From Balanoglossus misakiensis (Eukaryota > Animalia > Hemichordata), in the NCBI GenBank assembly GCA_040954595.2, contig CM082595.2, positions 7,732,317 through 7,796,316 on the forward strand: a stretch of 64,000 bases of DNA. Reading direction: 5' to 3'. Below the pieces are notes generated by a model that saw only the letters and a list, made by a program, of their open reading frames with translations, was not told the origin of the DNA and ran no database searches. The position numbers and the translations under genes were made by a program. How positions within the stretch are numbered: position 1 is the first letter of the stretch; the number at the start of each line of letters is the position of its first letter. This document shows positions 63,681 to 64,000 of the stretch, piece after piece.

Positions 63681-64000
63681 AGTGAGCACAATAATTATAT
63701 TTCTGAGAATCTTGAGCTGCAGATATTAACTTGTTTTTGAAGGTATAGAATCTTAAAGAAGCAGTTCAGTCCGACTGATTTTTAAATACGTACTAGCGTC
63801 ATTTTGGTTAGTCGAGAAAATGGCATATATAACTCTCGCGATTTATTGTACAATAAACGGACTAAAATAGTGGCGGATGGTGCATTCAATTGCCTCATAA
63901 ACTTCCTGTATTTTCAGTAATGAAAAAGCGCGCCTAACTGGACGCTTTCAACAGGGCCCATTTTGCGATGAGTATGGAATTGCTATCTCAGTCTTGTCGA

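Overview
Eukaryotic (metazoan) genomic DNA with spliceosomal GT-AG introns and no prokaryotic features. The gene and transposon content suggests a marine invertebrate, possibly a hemichordate or echinoderm (inference). All host genes lie on the minus strand. (1) A 9-exon TRPC-like cation channel gene (12949-22473, 644 aa by manual splicing). (2) A tandem cluster of four intronless TRIM genes of the RING/B-box/coiled-coil/filamin/NHL type: one intact (35786-37999), one with a 1049-bp frameshifting deletion (48902-50066), one old divergent pseudogene (45122-46689) and one chimera (30338-31294). (3) Two exons of a metabotropic glutamate receptor resembling the mXR/mangetout subfamily (59001-62944). 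The rest is dense transposon sequence: a four-level nest (AcademH-like foldback > Helentron-type HINE > CACTA carrying a BEN-domain gene > palindromic Crypton-like insert), two Crypton-type tyrosine-recombinase relics, two RTE-X/CR1-type LINEs with 2A-like peptides, and several MITEs. The strongest signals are: (a) TRIM paralogues almost identical in RING/B-box but heavily substituted at the NHL propeller-face loops, as expected of a diversifying recognition (possibly immune) locus; (b) an unrecognised, intronless, degraded reading frame of more than 1,500 codons (about 25.7-30.8 kb, perhaps extending to about 22.6 kb), fused in frame to a TRIM RING/B-box through a short inverted junction; (c) a LINE with twin-priming-like architecture.
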